A stretch of DNA of 64,000 bases from Bacteroidota bacterium (GCA_031417555.1 JANOVV010000028.1:77984-141983), one strand, 5' to 3'; counted from the first letter of the stretch, positions 8,901 through 18,754 are shown. The notes: generated by a model not told the origin, from the sequence alone. A program made the numbers and translations.

Positions 8901-11882
8901 ATGAAAAAGTTATTCTCTTCATACGTAAGATTACTTCTTTGTTTCTTTTTTGCATTTGCAAGTGTCTATTCGGTGCATGGACAAACTCAAATAATAAATT
9001 CAACAGCAAGCTGGAAATATTTAGATAACGGGTCGAATCAGGATTCTAGTTGGAGGAGCAATGAATTTGATGATGGCTTATGGAAATCAGGAGCTGCCGA
9101 TCTGGGTTATGGCAATTCCCCGCTTACTGAATTAAAGCCGGATCTAATCGGATATTATTTTAGAAAAGCAATTACTATTACTGATATTTCCTTATTCTCT
9201 GATTTTATTCTTAAGGTTAGACGCGATGATGGAATTGTAGTATATGTGAACAATGTGGAAGTATATCGAAATAATATGCCGACAGGATTAATTAATTATA
9301 ACACAAAAGCGAAATCAACATGTTCAGATGATGGAAGAACTGTTTTTAGTTTAACTGTCTTAAATACTTTTTTCCAGACCGGCACTAATGTTATTTCAGC
9401 AGAAGTACATAATTATTCAACTTCATCAAGTGATTTAACTTTTGAATTGCAATTAATAGGAAATTTGCTCCCAATAGCTTCGTGCGGTAAGCCAAATTCT
9501 AATTTATTTGGTAATCGAAATGTTTTGTCGACTTCTGCAGAAGTATATTGGGTACCGGTATCAGGAGTTTCTTCATACAATGTGGAATATAGAATTAGAA
9601 ATGTTGGGGCTAATTATTCATTGCCTTTAACAATAAATGCTATTTCTTTGGTATTGAATAATTTGTTACCATCAACCAATTATGAATTTATTGTTCAATC
9701 CATTTGTCAAGGCGCAGAAACGAGTGCTTTTTCATCAAGCGGCTGGTTCACGACAATTCCTTCAACCGGCCCTCCGCCGCCATGTGGAATACCTGATGCA
9801 AATACATTTAATGGAAAAGATTTTACGCAAAACTCTGCAGTAATATTTTGGGAACCTGTTGATGGAGTTGTGTCTTATAATTTTTTTTATAAAGAATATG
9901 AAGCTCCGGTCAACGATTGGATTTTGGTCAATACAATGTCTGATTCTGTTTTTTTAAATAATTTAAGAAGCTCTACATTTTATGAATTTATAGTTCAATC
10001 TGTTTGCTCCGATAATATTTTGAGTCAATTTTCTCTGAATATGTATTTTGAAACTCTTGATAATATTCCACCAATTATTTGTGAAATACCTGATACTGCT
10101 TTGTCTTTTGCAGATAATATCACCTCAACATCAGCTAAACTTAACTGGACAACAGTTGCAGGTTCGCAATCTTATAATGTGGAGTACAGAATTTTTAATT
10201 CCGGTGATAATTATTCTCCGGCAACAAATACAACTTCAACTTCATTGGTTTTAAATAATTTGCTGTCGGCAACAAAGTATGAATATATAATTCAAACAGT
10301 TTGTAACGATTCAACATTCAGCATTTTTTCAGTTGGCAAAATATTTACAACACAATCTATCATCGGGTCAAATGCGATAATCTTAAGGGGCCCTTACATG
10401 ACAGTATCAACAAGTTCCGGAATTACTATTCAATGGAGAACAAATCTAGCAACTAATTCTCAGGTCAGATTTGGCCCTGATACAAACTTGCTTACCAATG
10501 TAATTAACAGTTCAATTGTTTCTACCGAGCATTCTATAACACTTGAGCAACTTTCTTCTAATACAAGATATTACTACTCTATTGGTCCAATCGGTTACAT
10601 ATTACAAGGAAACATTAATAATTATTTTTATACCGCACCGGATGCAGGTAATCTTCAGCCTGTAAAATTCTGGGTAACCGGTGATTTTGGGAATGGAAGT
10701 TCCGCTCAAGCCGCAGTTCGTAATTCTTTCACAAATTATACTTCAGGTGAAAAGATAAATGGTTGGTTGTGGCTGGGAGATAATGCATATAATTCTGGTT
10801 CAGATCAGGATTATCAATTAAAAGTGTTCGATGTTTATAATCCTATTTTTAAAAATATTCCTGTTTTTCCAGCACCGGGAAATCATGATTATGCTCAAAG
10901 CGGTTATCAGAGTGCTTCTTCACTCGGTGTAGATTTTCCGTATTTTAATATTTTTACATTACCATCAGCCGCAGGTACTGAGAAGTACTATTCTACCGAT
11001 TATGCAAATATTCATTTTATTTCTCTGGATAGTTATGGATCCTATAATACTTCTTCAAGTGCTATGTTTAATTGGTTGAACAACGATTTGGCGAATAATA
11101 CTCAACAATGGACGGTTGTATATTTTCATCATCCTCCATATTCGAAAGGGAGTCACAATTCCGATAATGAAGTGGAATTAATTGATATGAGAAATAATAT
11201 AATTCCATTATTAGAATCGTACGGTGTTGATTTAGTATTAAGCGGCCACAGTCACATTTATGAGAGAAGTTATTTCATGAAAGGTCATAAAGGCTTGGAA
11301 AATACTTTTAAATCATCATTATATCCGATAGGAAATATCGTCCAGGCAGGTAGTGGCCCGTACTTAAAGACTACAAGAACAGGTAATGGAACAGTGTATG
11401 TTGTTTGTGGTGTTTCCGGACAGAGTGTAGGAGCAACAACACCGGGATATCCGCATAATGCAATGTTTAAATCAAACAACACCAGTAATGGAAGTTTAAT
11501 GTTAGAGATAAGTGCAGGAAGTTTAACATGTAAGTATTTAACTTCTTTGGGAAATGTTGATGACCAATTTACAATACAAAAACCAAATAATACATTTCAA
11601 TTTGAACGTAAAGTTTCTAAACCGGATGAAGTGGAAATAATACCGGTTATTTACCCAAATCCAACCTTGGGAGATATAAATATTGATATTAATCCTGCAG
11701 TTGAAATTGTAGTTTCTATTTATAATGCAACCGGAAATATTTTTTATAAAAGAACATTTACGAAGGAAAGAAGCGGAAATATTCGAATTGATAAATTTGA
11801 ATCAAATTTGAGTTCCGGTGTTTATATAATTAATGTTTCCGGAGATGGTTTTAATATTTCAAACAAGTTGGTAATTTATTAA
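8901..11882 (+). CDS. T9SS-secreted multidomain protein: fibronectin type III repeats, a calcineurin-like/purple acid phosphatase metallophosphoesterase domain, and a C-terminal T9SS type-A sorting domain
   Basis: Signal peptide MKKLFSSYVRLLLCFFFAFASVYSVHGQ. Repeated ...SSYNVEYRI...STNYEF... FN3-like units. Metallophosphatase motifs GDFGNG, GDNAY, GNHD, GHSHIYERS. C-terminus ...YPNPTLGDINIDI...GVYIINV...KLVIY. Confidence 0.75.
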   Translation: MKKLFSSYVRLLLCFFFAFASVYSVHGQTQIINSTASWKYLDNGSNQDSSWRSNEFDDGLWKSGAADLGYGNSPLTELKPDLIGYYFRKAITITDISLFSDFILKVRRDDGIVVYVNNVEVYRNNMPTGLINYNTKAKSTCSDDGRTVFSLTVLNTFFQTGTNVISAEVHNYSTSSSDLTFELQLIGNLLPIASCGKPNSNLFGNRNVLSTSAEVYWVPVSGVSSYNVEYRIRNVGANYSLPLTINAISLVLNNLLPSTNYEFIVQSICQGAETSAFSSSGWFTTIPSTGPPPPCGIPDANTFNGKDFTQNSAVIFWEPVDGVVSYNFFYKEYEAPVNDWILVNTMSDSVFLNNLRSSTFYEFIVQSVCSDNILSQFSLNMYFETLDNIPPIICEIPDTALSFADNITSTSAKLNWTTVAGSQSYNVEYRIFNSGDNYSPATNTTSTSLVLNNLLSATKYEYIIQTVCNDSTFSIFSVGKIFTTQSIIGSNAIILRGPYMTVSTSSGITIQWRTNLATNSQVRFGPDTNLLTNVINSSIVSTEHSITLEQLSSNTRYYYSIGPIGYILQGNINNYFYTAPDAGNLQPVKFWVTGDFGNGSSAQAAVRNSFTNYTSGEKINGWLWLGDNAYNSGSDQDYQLKVFDVYNPIFKNIPVFPAPGNHDYAQSGYQSASSLGVDFPYFNIFTLPSAAGTEKYYSTDYANIHFISLDSYGSYNTSSSAMFNWLNNDLANNTQQWTVVYFHHPPYSKGSHNSDNEVELIDMRNNIIPLLESYGVDLVLSGHSHIYERSYFMKGHKGLENTFKSSLYPIGNIVQAGSGPYLKTTRTGNGTVYVVCGVSGQSVGATTPGYPHNAMFKSNNTSNGSLMLEISAGSLTCKYLTSLGNVDDQFTIQKPNNTFQFERKVSKPDEVEIIPVIYPNPTLGDINIDINPAVEIVVSIYNATGNIFYKRTFTKERSGNIRIDKFESNLSSGVYIINVSGDGFNISNKLVIY

Positions 11883-12034
11883 AGACAAAACTGATCGTAA
11901 ATAGGAAACATTAGAAATGCTATGTGTGAATTTTGCAAGTTTTATTAAATGTTATGTAATATTATCTAATTAGTCATTGCGAACTTTGGATGTAATTAAT
12001 AATTAAAATTTAACCAATTAAATAATTCTTTAAG

Positions 12035-12862
12035 ATGAAAAAAACAATTAAAATTGCAGTACTTACTATTATTGGAAGTATTGGCTTGTCAAATGCACAA
12101 ACACCTGCAGTTGTTTACAGCGATAAAACCGGATGGCATAAAATCGGTGAAACTACGGTTGATTTTAAAAGAGATCGTGATGAAATTAAGATTATTGGAG
12201 CAGATCGATTTGCTGCAATACAATTAAAAGTTGAAGATGCTCCAATTGATTTAATTTCATTGGAAGTGTTTTATGAGAGTGGCGATAAACAAGACATTGC
12301 GGTCCACTCTCCGATTCAAGCTCATGGGGAAAGCCGTATCATTGATTTAAACGGTGGAGAAAGAAGTCTGGACAAGATAGTGTTTGTTTATAAAACACTT
12401 CCAAACAGAAAAGATGAAAAAGCGGAGATCGAAATATGGGGATTAAAGACTAATACAAATGAAAAAATGGCATCTGGTAGTGAGAAAGAGGTTAACACAA
12501 GTTTGATGGTTAATGATCAAAAAGGATGGCATAAAATCGGTGAAAGGTCTGTTGATTTTGTAAAAGATCACGATGAATTTGTAGTAATAGGAGCCGATCG
12601 TTTTTCTGCTATTAAATTTCGCGTAACTGAAGCAGCGATTCAATTAATGAATTTAAAAGTTTACTACGAATCGGGAGATATGCAAAATATTCCTGTTAAT
12701 TCACCTGTTTTAGCTGGAACTGATAGTAAAGCTTTTGATTTGAATGGTGGAGAAAGAAATTTAAAGAAAATTGTATTTGAATATAAAACTCTTCCAAATC
12801 AGAAGGCTGAAAAGGCTTTTGTTGCTCTTTGGGGATTAAAAACAAATATGGTTGTGAGATAA
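12035..12862 (+). CDS. lipoprotein made of two tandem copies of a ~125-aa domain (possibly DUF2541/YaaI-like)
   Basis: Signal peptide. The segment GWHKIGE..VDF..D.DE...IGADRF.AI...V..A.I.L..L.V.YESGD.Q.I.V.SP......S...DLNGGER.L.KIVF.YKTLPN.K.EKA....WGLKTN occurs twice. Confidence 0.5.
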   Translation: MKKTIKIAVLTIIGSIGLSNAQTPAVVYSDKTGWHKIGETTVDFKRDRDEIKIIGADRFAAIQLKVEDAPIDLISLEVFYESGDKQDIAVHSPIQAHGESRIIDLNGGERSLDKIVFVYKTLPNRKDEKAEIEIWGLKTNTNEKMASGSEKEVNTSLMVNDQKGWHKIGERSVDFVKDHDEFVVIGADRFSAIKFRVTEAAIQLMNLKVYYESGDMQNIPVNSPVLAGTDSKAFDLNGGERNLKKIVFEYKTLPNQKAEKAFVALWGLKTNMVVR

Positions 12863-12871
12863 TAGAAAATG

Positions 12872-12909
12872 AAACCGTGCGGGAATAAAAAATCTTGCAC
12901 GGTTTTTTT
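12872..12909 (+). terminator. probable rho-independent terminator
   Basis: aaaccgtgc-(16-nt loop)-gcacggttt followed by a T7 run. Confidence 0.45.
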
Positions 12910-13282
12910 ATGAATTATTTAATAATGGGAATTCATTAGGTTCAGTTTTCTTCAAAAGTAAACAGCATTTTAAAGCCAAAAAACTATATAACTTTTTGAT
13001 ATTAAAATATAACACTATTTTTATTAAAGGAGGCATATTTGTTCAGCCTAATTATATAAAAATAATTTGTTATGAACAAAAACTCTAAGAAACAAAAAAT
13101 TACAAAAAAAATTAATCCGGATAAGAATCCGGAAATGAAAATTAGGCTAAACCTGAATGATGAAAATGATGAAGATTTCATTCAGCATCAGGAAAAAGTT
13201 TCAAGGCTTTTAAATAGATTGCAGGAAGCTAAAAGTACATTTCAATAGAGGACGATTAAATATTTAAAAATTTGAACTATTT

Positions 13283-13768
13283 ATGAAAAAAGATGAAGTG
13301 TCCGTTTTTAATACCGGAATAAAATCAGGTTTAATTATTAGCGTTATATTAATAATATATTTTTTGATTATGCGAAGCTTTCATCTAACAGGAAGTGCCC
13401 CTGCATGGGGATTTAACTTTATTATAATTCTTGCAGGAATTACTTTTACATATCGTTATTATAGAACTCAAACCAAACTTAATATCGAATACCTGCCTGG
13501 CCTGTTATTAGGAAGTTTAACAACTATTGTTTGCACTGTTTTATTTACCATTTTTGTTTACATATATTTTTCAATGATTGATCCTGTATCATTAAATTTT
13601 CTTAACAATAATATTCTTTTTATGAGTGGACAATTGACACCATTGAAAGCATCAGCGGCAACATTAATTGAAGGTATTTGTTCTGGCTTTATAATTTCTT
13701 TTATGATGATGCAGTATTACAAATCCGGATTTAAAAATCAATTGGGTGAGAAAAAAGCTCATGGCTGA
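13283..13768 (+). CDS. multi-pass membrane protein of unknown function (DUF4199-like)
   Basis: 161 aa with four predicted TM helices. Confidence 0.45.
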   Translation: MKKDEVSVFNTGIKSGLIISVILIIYFLIMRSFHLTGSAPAWGFNFIIILAGITFTYRYYRTQTKLNIEYLPGLLLGSLTTIVCTVLFTIFVYIYFSMIDPVSLNFLNNNILFMSGQLTPLKASAATLIEGICSGFIISFMMMQYYKSGFKNQLGEKKAHG

Positions 13769-14005
13769 AAGTTTTTTTTTCTTAATATAAATTTTCTCAG
13801 ACAATTATATAGAATTATTTTTTTTATTTCTAATTACTGAAGAACAATTAAATTGTTTGTTCATGATTCTAATTTTTAATATTTATTGGATAGGCCGGAT
13901 ATGCGTGAATATTGTAATTTTTAAGTGAGATTGTGTAACACCATCTTCTTTTTAGATTAAGATATTTGTACAATAAATTTATTTCATAGTTTAATACTAA
14001 AAGAT

Positions 14006-14242
14006 ATGACTGAAAATCAAAAAGACCAAGTGGTTCAAGACAACCAGAATGGTAAGCAAAGTAATGTTAACCCTAGCGCTCCCACAAAAGAGAACAATCC
14101 ATCCGAAAAAACAGCCGTTAAAGAAGATGAAAAAGTAAAACCAATTCCGGCTCAAGAGGAAAAAGAGCATGAGCCTCGCGAGCATCCTCATGAGGTTTCT
14201 ATTCCTGTTGCTTCTAATGGAACTACTAAAGGAAGTATTTAA
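14006..14242 (+). CDS. hypothetical low-complexity (Lys/Glu/Pro/Asn-rich) small protein
   Basis: ORF only; unusual composition. Confidence 0.2.
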   Translation: MTENQKDQVVQDNQNGKQSNVNPSAPTKENNPSEKTAVKEDEKVKPIPAQEEKEHEPREHPHEVSIPVASNGTTKGSI

Positions 14243-14882
14243 TTAAAAAATAGCACGGGTTTTATATATCGTTATTCAAAAATAGAATTGTTGTTATATA
14301 ATTCCCGTGTTTATTAAAACCTAAAACATGAAAAAGAATATCCCGGTTCAAAAAATTAGTTTGTCTAAAAAGATAAAAGTCAGATTAGATCACAAAACGC
14401 TGATCATTATAAATAAATTATCTTCCCTCGAAGTGTGGAAAAAACTTTATCCGGAAGCAAGGATAATACAGTAATGTATTTGAGGTCTATCTTATCTTTG
14501 GATAGGAATGATTGATAATTTATGTTGTATCCTCAAATAACCTTGAATCATGAGTGAATTATGTAACTATTTTTAATTTTATTGTAATTCACTTTGCTTT
14601 TTTGTTTACACCTTTATATAAAATAAATTTAATAAAGATTAACCAATATTAAAATTAAAAATTATGCAAACCGAGGAAATGAAAGAAACGATAAGAACAA
14701 AAAATGAACTTATCATCAATCAAACCAGAAGAATTAGTTTACTTGAAGATAAATTGTCGGAATTAAGAAAATTGTATTTTAATCTTAAACATGCTGATGT
14801 ATTAATACACTTAAAGTCGGCTATCTAAAGCTATATTTTATTTCAGCTTTAGTCTCAACACTGGTTTGTAATTAATTTTAAT

Positions 14883-15518
14883 TCAGGATATTTCTTTTAA
14901 ATAACATTCATTACTATCAATATTTATTTTTTTAAATTTCATAATTTTCAAAAATTGAATATGATTTTTATTAATTACTCCTTTGTAAACAATTTTTTTT
15001 ACACCTTTTGATTTTAAGTATTCATTTTCTTTGTCAAAAATAAATCTTCCAACTTTGTAATCACGGTATTTAGGCACTGTATAGTTTATTTTTACATAAG
15101 CAATTCCTTCCGAAGTATATTTTGCTACAAAAATGTTAGCGAAAGCTAAATCTCTTAATACAATAAATCGCAACTCATTTTCTTTATCCTGAAGAGAAAA
15201 ATCCGGAAAAAATGCATGTATGTCTTTTTGATAAAACGAATAATATTTTTGAATAAGAGGGTCGTTTGGAAGAAATTCAATTAAATCAAAATCTTCGTCC
15301 GTATTGTAAATTTTTATTAAATAATATATGTTAATGCATAAAAGAAAACTATTTGTTATAATTATAGGAAGAGCATCAATCATTAATCCGTATAAAATGA
15401 ATGAAAGTGATCCCAGGCTATTTAACCAGCGAAACCGGATTTCGTTATTAACTAAAAGTGAAACAGCTAAAAGAATAAAAGCAATATATCCAAGGATAAC
15501 AGGTAAAGTTTCTTTCAT
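14883..15518 (-). CDS. hypothetical membrane-anchored protein with a possible C-terminal GNAT-like fold
   Basis: Two N-terminal TM helices. C-terminal ...YTVPKYRDYKVGRFIF...EYLKSKGVKKIV resembles an acyl-CoA N-acyltransferase core. Confidence 0.3.
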   Translation of the reverse strand: MKETLPVILGYIAFILLAVSLLVNNEIRFRWLNSLGSLSFILYGLMIDALPIIITNSFLLCINIYYLIKIYNTDEDFDLIEFLPNDPLIQKYYSFYQKDIHAFFPDFSLQDKENELRFIVLRDLAFANIFVAKYTSEGIAYVKINYTVPKYRDYKVGRFIFDKENEYLKSKGVKKIVYKGVINKNHIQFLKIMKFKKINIDSNECYLKEIS

Positions 15519-15834
15519 CTCTATATTTTTATAATTGAAAATATTAAAACAAAATAATCAAAACGCATCAGCTGAAAAATGCGTGTCGCTAATGTTAGAA
15601 AAATTATTCATAAATCATAAAATTATTCAAAATTCAGCTTTTAACAAGTTATTCTTTAATTAATCAAAAATTTATCTTGACAATACTATTATTATAATCT
15701 ATATTGCATAATAATTAAACAATGAAACATTTAATCGCATATACGCTTTGCACATCTTGTTGTCGTTCCCACGAGAGTATCGTTGTGGTGGACAATGATA
15801 ATTGTGTTTAAGTTTAAAAACATATCTCTAAGAA

Positions 15835-15865
15835 GAGCTCCACCAACAGGTGGAGCTTTTTTTTT
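15835..15865 (+). terminator. strong intrinsic terminator inside the 5' leader of the cysM-like operon; candidate attenuator or riboswitch expression platform
   Basis: gagctccacc-aaca-ggtggagctc with a 9-bp GC-rich stem and a T9 run, 12 nt before the ATG at 15877. The upstream stretch gttgtggtgga can pair with the 5' arm, giving an alternative antiterminator. Confidence 0.6.
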
Positions 15866-15876
15866 GACCTAATATT

Positions 15877-16812
15877 ATGATAGACTCAAAATATATAATA
15901 GATACGACTTTGTTGCGGAAGGCAGAAGCTTTAAGCAAGCAAATTGGCAATACGCCTGTGCATCAGTTTCGGCATTGGAAAAATAGAAATATCAGGGTAT
16001 TGGCTAAGATGGAGTGGAAGCAATTATCGGGTAGTGTAAAGGCCAGAGCAGCGTATTCCATAATTTTAAGTGCCATTCGAGAAGGGAGATTAACACAAGG
16101 CAAGCATTTGTTAGATGCTACAAGCGGAAATACAGGTATTGCCTACGCTGTAATCTGTAAAAAATTAAACCTTAGAATTACCTTATGCCTACCGGAAAAT
16201 GCTTCACAAGAAAGGAAAGACATACTTAATGAGCTGGGAGTAGATATCGTTTTCACATCACCCTTTGAAGGAACAGATGGCGCTCAGGAAACTGCACTGG
16301 AATTATTCAATCAAAATCAGTCAAAGTATTTTTATGCAGATCAATACAAAAATCAACAAAATTGGAAAGCGCATTATTATACTACTGCACCTGAAATTTT
16401 AATGTCTGTGCCCGGTATTACCCATTTTGTTGCCGGACTTGGAACTACAGGAACATTTACAGGAACAGGAAGAAGACTCAAAGATTCAAATCAATCAATA
16501 AAACTCATTTCTCTACAACCCGATTATCCATTGCATGGCATGGAGGGTTGGAAACATTTAGAAACAGCTGTCGTTCCTGCTATTTATGATGCCGGATTAG
16601 CAGATGAAACGGAATTAATCAGTACCGAAGAAGCCTATTTAACTATTCGTACTATTTTTAAACAAGATGGTATTTTATTAAGTCCCTCTTCAGCAGCAAA
16701 TCTTGCCGGTGCTTTTCGTATTGCAGAAAAATCCGAAAATAATATAGTGGTAACTATTTTACCTGATAATGCAGATAAATATAAAGAAGTAATTAAATTT
16801 CTGAATTTATGA
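15877..16812 (+). CDS. cysM: PLP-dependent cysteine synthase family protein (CysM-like sulfhydrylase, presumably using the carrier thiocarboxylate as sulfur donor)
   Basis: Fold-type II PLP enzyme motifs (...KMEWKQLSGSVKARAA...; ...TSGNTGIAYA...; ...GTTGTF.GTG...). Forms an operon with the JAMM, MoaD-like and E1-like genes. Confidence 0.7.
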   Translation: MIDSKYIIDTTLLRKAEALSKQIGNTPVHQFRHWKNRNIRVLAKMEWKQLSGSVKARAAYSIILSAIREGRLTQGKHLLDATSGNTGIAYAVICKKLNLRITLCLPENASQERKDILNELGVDIVFTSPFEGTDGAQETALELFNQNQSKYFYADQYKNQQNWKAHYYTTAPEILMSVPGITHFVAGLGTTGTFTGTGRRLKDSNQSIKLISLQPDYPLHGMEGWKHLETAVVPAIYDAGLADETELISTEEAYLTIRTIFKQDGILLSPSSAANLAGAFRIAEKSENNIVVTILPDNADKYKEVIKFLNL

Positions 16813-17243
16813 TACACATAGAAGATGAAGCTTTAGAAGAAATGTTTGAAGATGCTTTACATGGCTTCCCATTTGAATGTTGCGGATTTTTATTCGGTGT
16901 TGCGGAAAATGATAATCGTTCGATCAAATTAATAAAGCGGGTAACCAATATTAGTAAAGAAGATCAGAGGAGGAGATTTTCAATCAGTTCAACCGATTAT
17001 ATTCTGGCTGAAAATTATGCCGAGGAAAACAATCTTTCATTACTAGGCATTTACCATTCACATCCAAATTATCCTGCTATTCCTTCCGAAACAGATCGAT
17101 TGTCTGCCCAGCCCTATTTCTCATATGTAATTATATCAATTTTAAATAAAAAGATTTCACATGTTCGGTCGTGGAGGTTAAATGATCAAAATCAATTCGA
17201 CGAAGAAATAATCAGACAAAGCATTTCATCAACAAAAAAATAA
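16809..17243 (+). CDS. JAMM/MPN+ (Mov34) family metalloprotease (Mec+/QbsD-like)
   Basis: Motifs E...HSHPNYPAIPSETD (HxHx7Sx2D). Overlaps cysM by 4 nt (ATGA). Confidence 0.75.
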   Translation: MIHIEDEALEEMFEDALHGFPFECCGFLFGVAENDNRSIKLIKRVTNISKEDQRRRFSISSTDYILAENYAEENNLSLLGIYHSHPNYPAIPSETDRLSAQPYFSYVIISILNKKISHVRSWRLNDQNQFDEEIIRQSISSTKK

Positions 17244-17252
17244 ATTATAAAA

Positions 17253-17534
17253 ATGGCAACTATTATTATCCCAACACCTCTACGAAAATTTACCAATAAC
17301 AGTAGTCGTCTTCAATTGAAGGCTAATTCCATTCAAGAAGCGGTAAGCGAACTTACTCTCAATTTTCCCGACCTGAAAAAGCATTTGCTTGATGAAAATG
17401 GAAAACTGAGAAGTTATATAAACGTTTTTGTTGGTAATGAAGATATCCGTAATCTTCAACAAGAGGAAACGGTGGTTCAACACGATTCTGTTATAAGTAT
17501 AATCCCTGCGATTGCAGGAGGTTTATTTATCTAA
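17253..17534 (+). CDS. cysO: MoaD/ThiS/CysO-family sulfur-carrier protein with a C-terminal extension (…AGG-LFI)
   Basis: 93-aa beta-grasp-sized protein ending ...IIPAIAGGLFI. The Gly-Gly sits 3 residues before the C-terminus. Confidence 0.65.
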   Translation: MATIIIPTPLRKFTNNSSRLQLKANSIQEAVSELTLNFPDLKKHLLDENGKLRSYINVFVGNEDIRNLQQEETVVQHDSVISIIPAIAGGLFI

Positions 17535-17556
17535 AATATTTTTAAAATTAAAAACT

Positions 17557-18720
17557 ATGAGTAATCAGAATATTCAATTTTCAAAAGATGAATTAGCCCG
17601 TTACAATCGACATATTATTATTCCTGATTTTGGAATTGAAGCACAGAGAAAATTGAAAGAGGCAAAGGTTTTAGTTATTGGCTCTGGTGGACTAGGCAGT
17701 CCGCTGCTACTATATCTTGCAGCTGCCGGTGTGGGTACACTTGGTATTGTTGATTTTGATGTTGTAGATGATAGCAATCTTCAACGTCAGGTATTGTTTG
17801 GTGTAGAAGATGTTGGGAAACCTAAAACAGAAGCGGCAAAGAAGCGCTTGCAATCTTTGAATCCATTTATAAAAATTAATACATATAACACTCGTATTAC
17901 CTCCGCTAATATTTTAGAAATTCTAAATGAGTATGATTTAGTAGCCGACGGTACGGATAATTTTCCGACGCGTTATTTAGTAAATGATGCAGCTGTGCTA
18001 TTGGGAAAGCCAAACGTGTATGCTTCAATCTTTCAGTTTGAAGGGCAGGTTTCTGTTTTTAACTACAAAGATGCAAATGGAAAATTAGGACCGAACTATC
18101 GCGACTTGTATCCATTGCCGCCACCTCCGGGATTAGTTCCCAATTGTGCTGAAGCAGGAGTTTTAGGCGTTTTGCCGGGTATCATTGGAAGTTTGCAAGG
18201 GCTTGAAGTTATTAAAGTAATCACAGGAATAGGGGAAACATTGAGCGGACGGTTTTTCACCTTTGATGCGCTCACTTTTGAAACAAGGACTTTTAATATA
18301 AACAGGAACCCTTCTAATCCTTTAAACGGAGAAAATCCGACAATTAAAACACTGATAGATTATGAAGCATTTTGCGGATTAAAAGGAGAAATAGAAAAAC
18401 CCCTGAAAGAAATTTCAGTGAATGAACTCTACGAATGGCAGGTGAGGGGCGATGATTATCAGTTGATCGATGTTCGTGAGCCTCATGAATTTGAAATTGC
18501 CAATATCGGAGGCGAACTATTTCCTTTGGCATCAATAGCAGCTGTTGCAGATAAAATTTCTCGTGAAAAGAAAGTTGTCATTCATTGCAAAATGGGTGGA
18601 AGAAGTGCCAAAGCTATTAGGCAATTACAGGATGAATTTGGTTTTGATAATTTGTACAATCTAAAAGGTGGAATAATTAAATGGATAGATGATATACAAC
18701 CTGAATTAAAAAAGTATTAA
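17557..18720 (+). CDS. moeZ: MoeZ/MoeB-type E1-like adenylyltransferase with a C-terminal rhodanese domain (activates the sulfur carrier by thiocarboxylation)
   Basis: ThiF nucleotide-binding GSGGLGS motif, a CxxC-less E1 core, and a C-terminal rhodanese ...HCKMGGRSAKA... with active Cys. Start chosen at the internal Met 17557 to avoid overlapping cysO. Confidence 0.75.
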   Translation: MSNQNIQFSKDELARYNRHIIIPDFGIEAQRKLKEAKVLVIGSGGLGSPLLLYLAAAGVGTLGIVDFDVVDDSNLQRQVLFGVEDVGKPKTEAAKKRLQSLNPFIKINTYNTRITSANILEILNEYDLVADGTDNFPTRYLVNDAAVLLGKPNVYASIFQFEGQVSVFNYKDANGKLGPNYRDLYPLPPPPGLVPNCAEAGVLGVLPGIIGSLQGLEVIKVITGIGETLSGRFFTFDALTFETRTFNINRNPSNPLNGENPTIKTLIDYEAFCGLKGEIEKPLKEISVNELYEWQVRGDDYQLIDVREPHEFEIANIGGELFPLASIAAVADKISREKKVVIHCKMGGRSAKAIRQLQDEFGFDNLYNLKGGIIKWIDDIQPELKKY

Positions 18721-18754
18721 AATATATTATTTCAATCGCATATATATAAAACTG

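Noticed and set aside
10048-11482. Small internal ORFs (10048..10254+, 11285..11482-) within the FN3/phosphatase gene
   Set aside because: They sit in alternative frames of a CDS with strong domain evidence.
15670-15700. Sigma-70-like TTGACA...TATAAT promoter upstream of the cysM leader
   Set aside because: The spacing between the two hexamers is ~10 nt, not 16-18. Bacteroidota also use a different consensus (TTTG / TAnnTTTG), so this is probably a chance match in AT-rich DNA.
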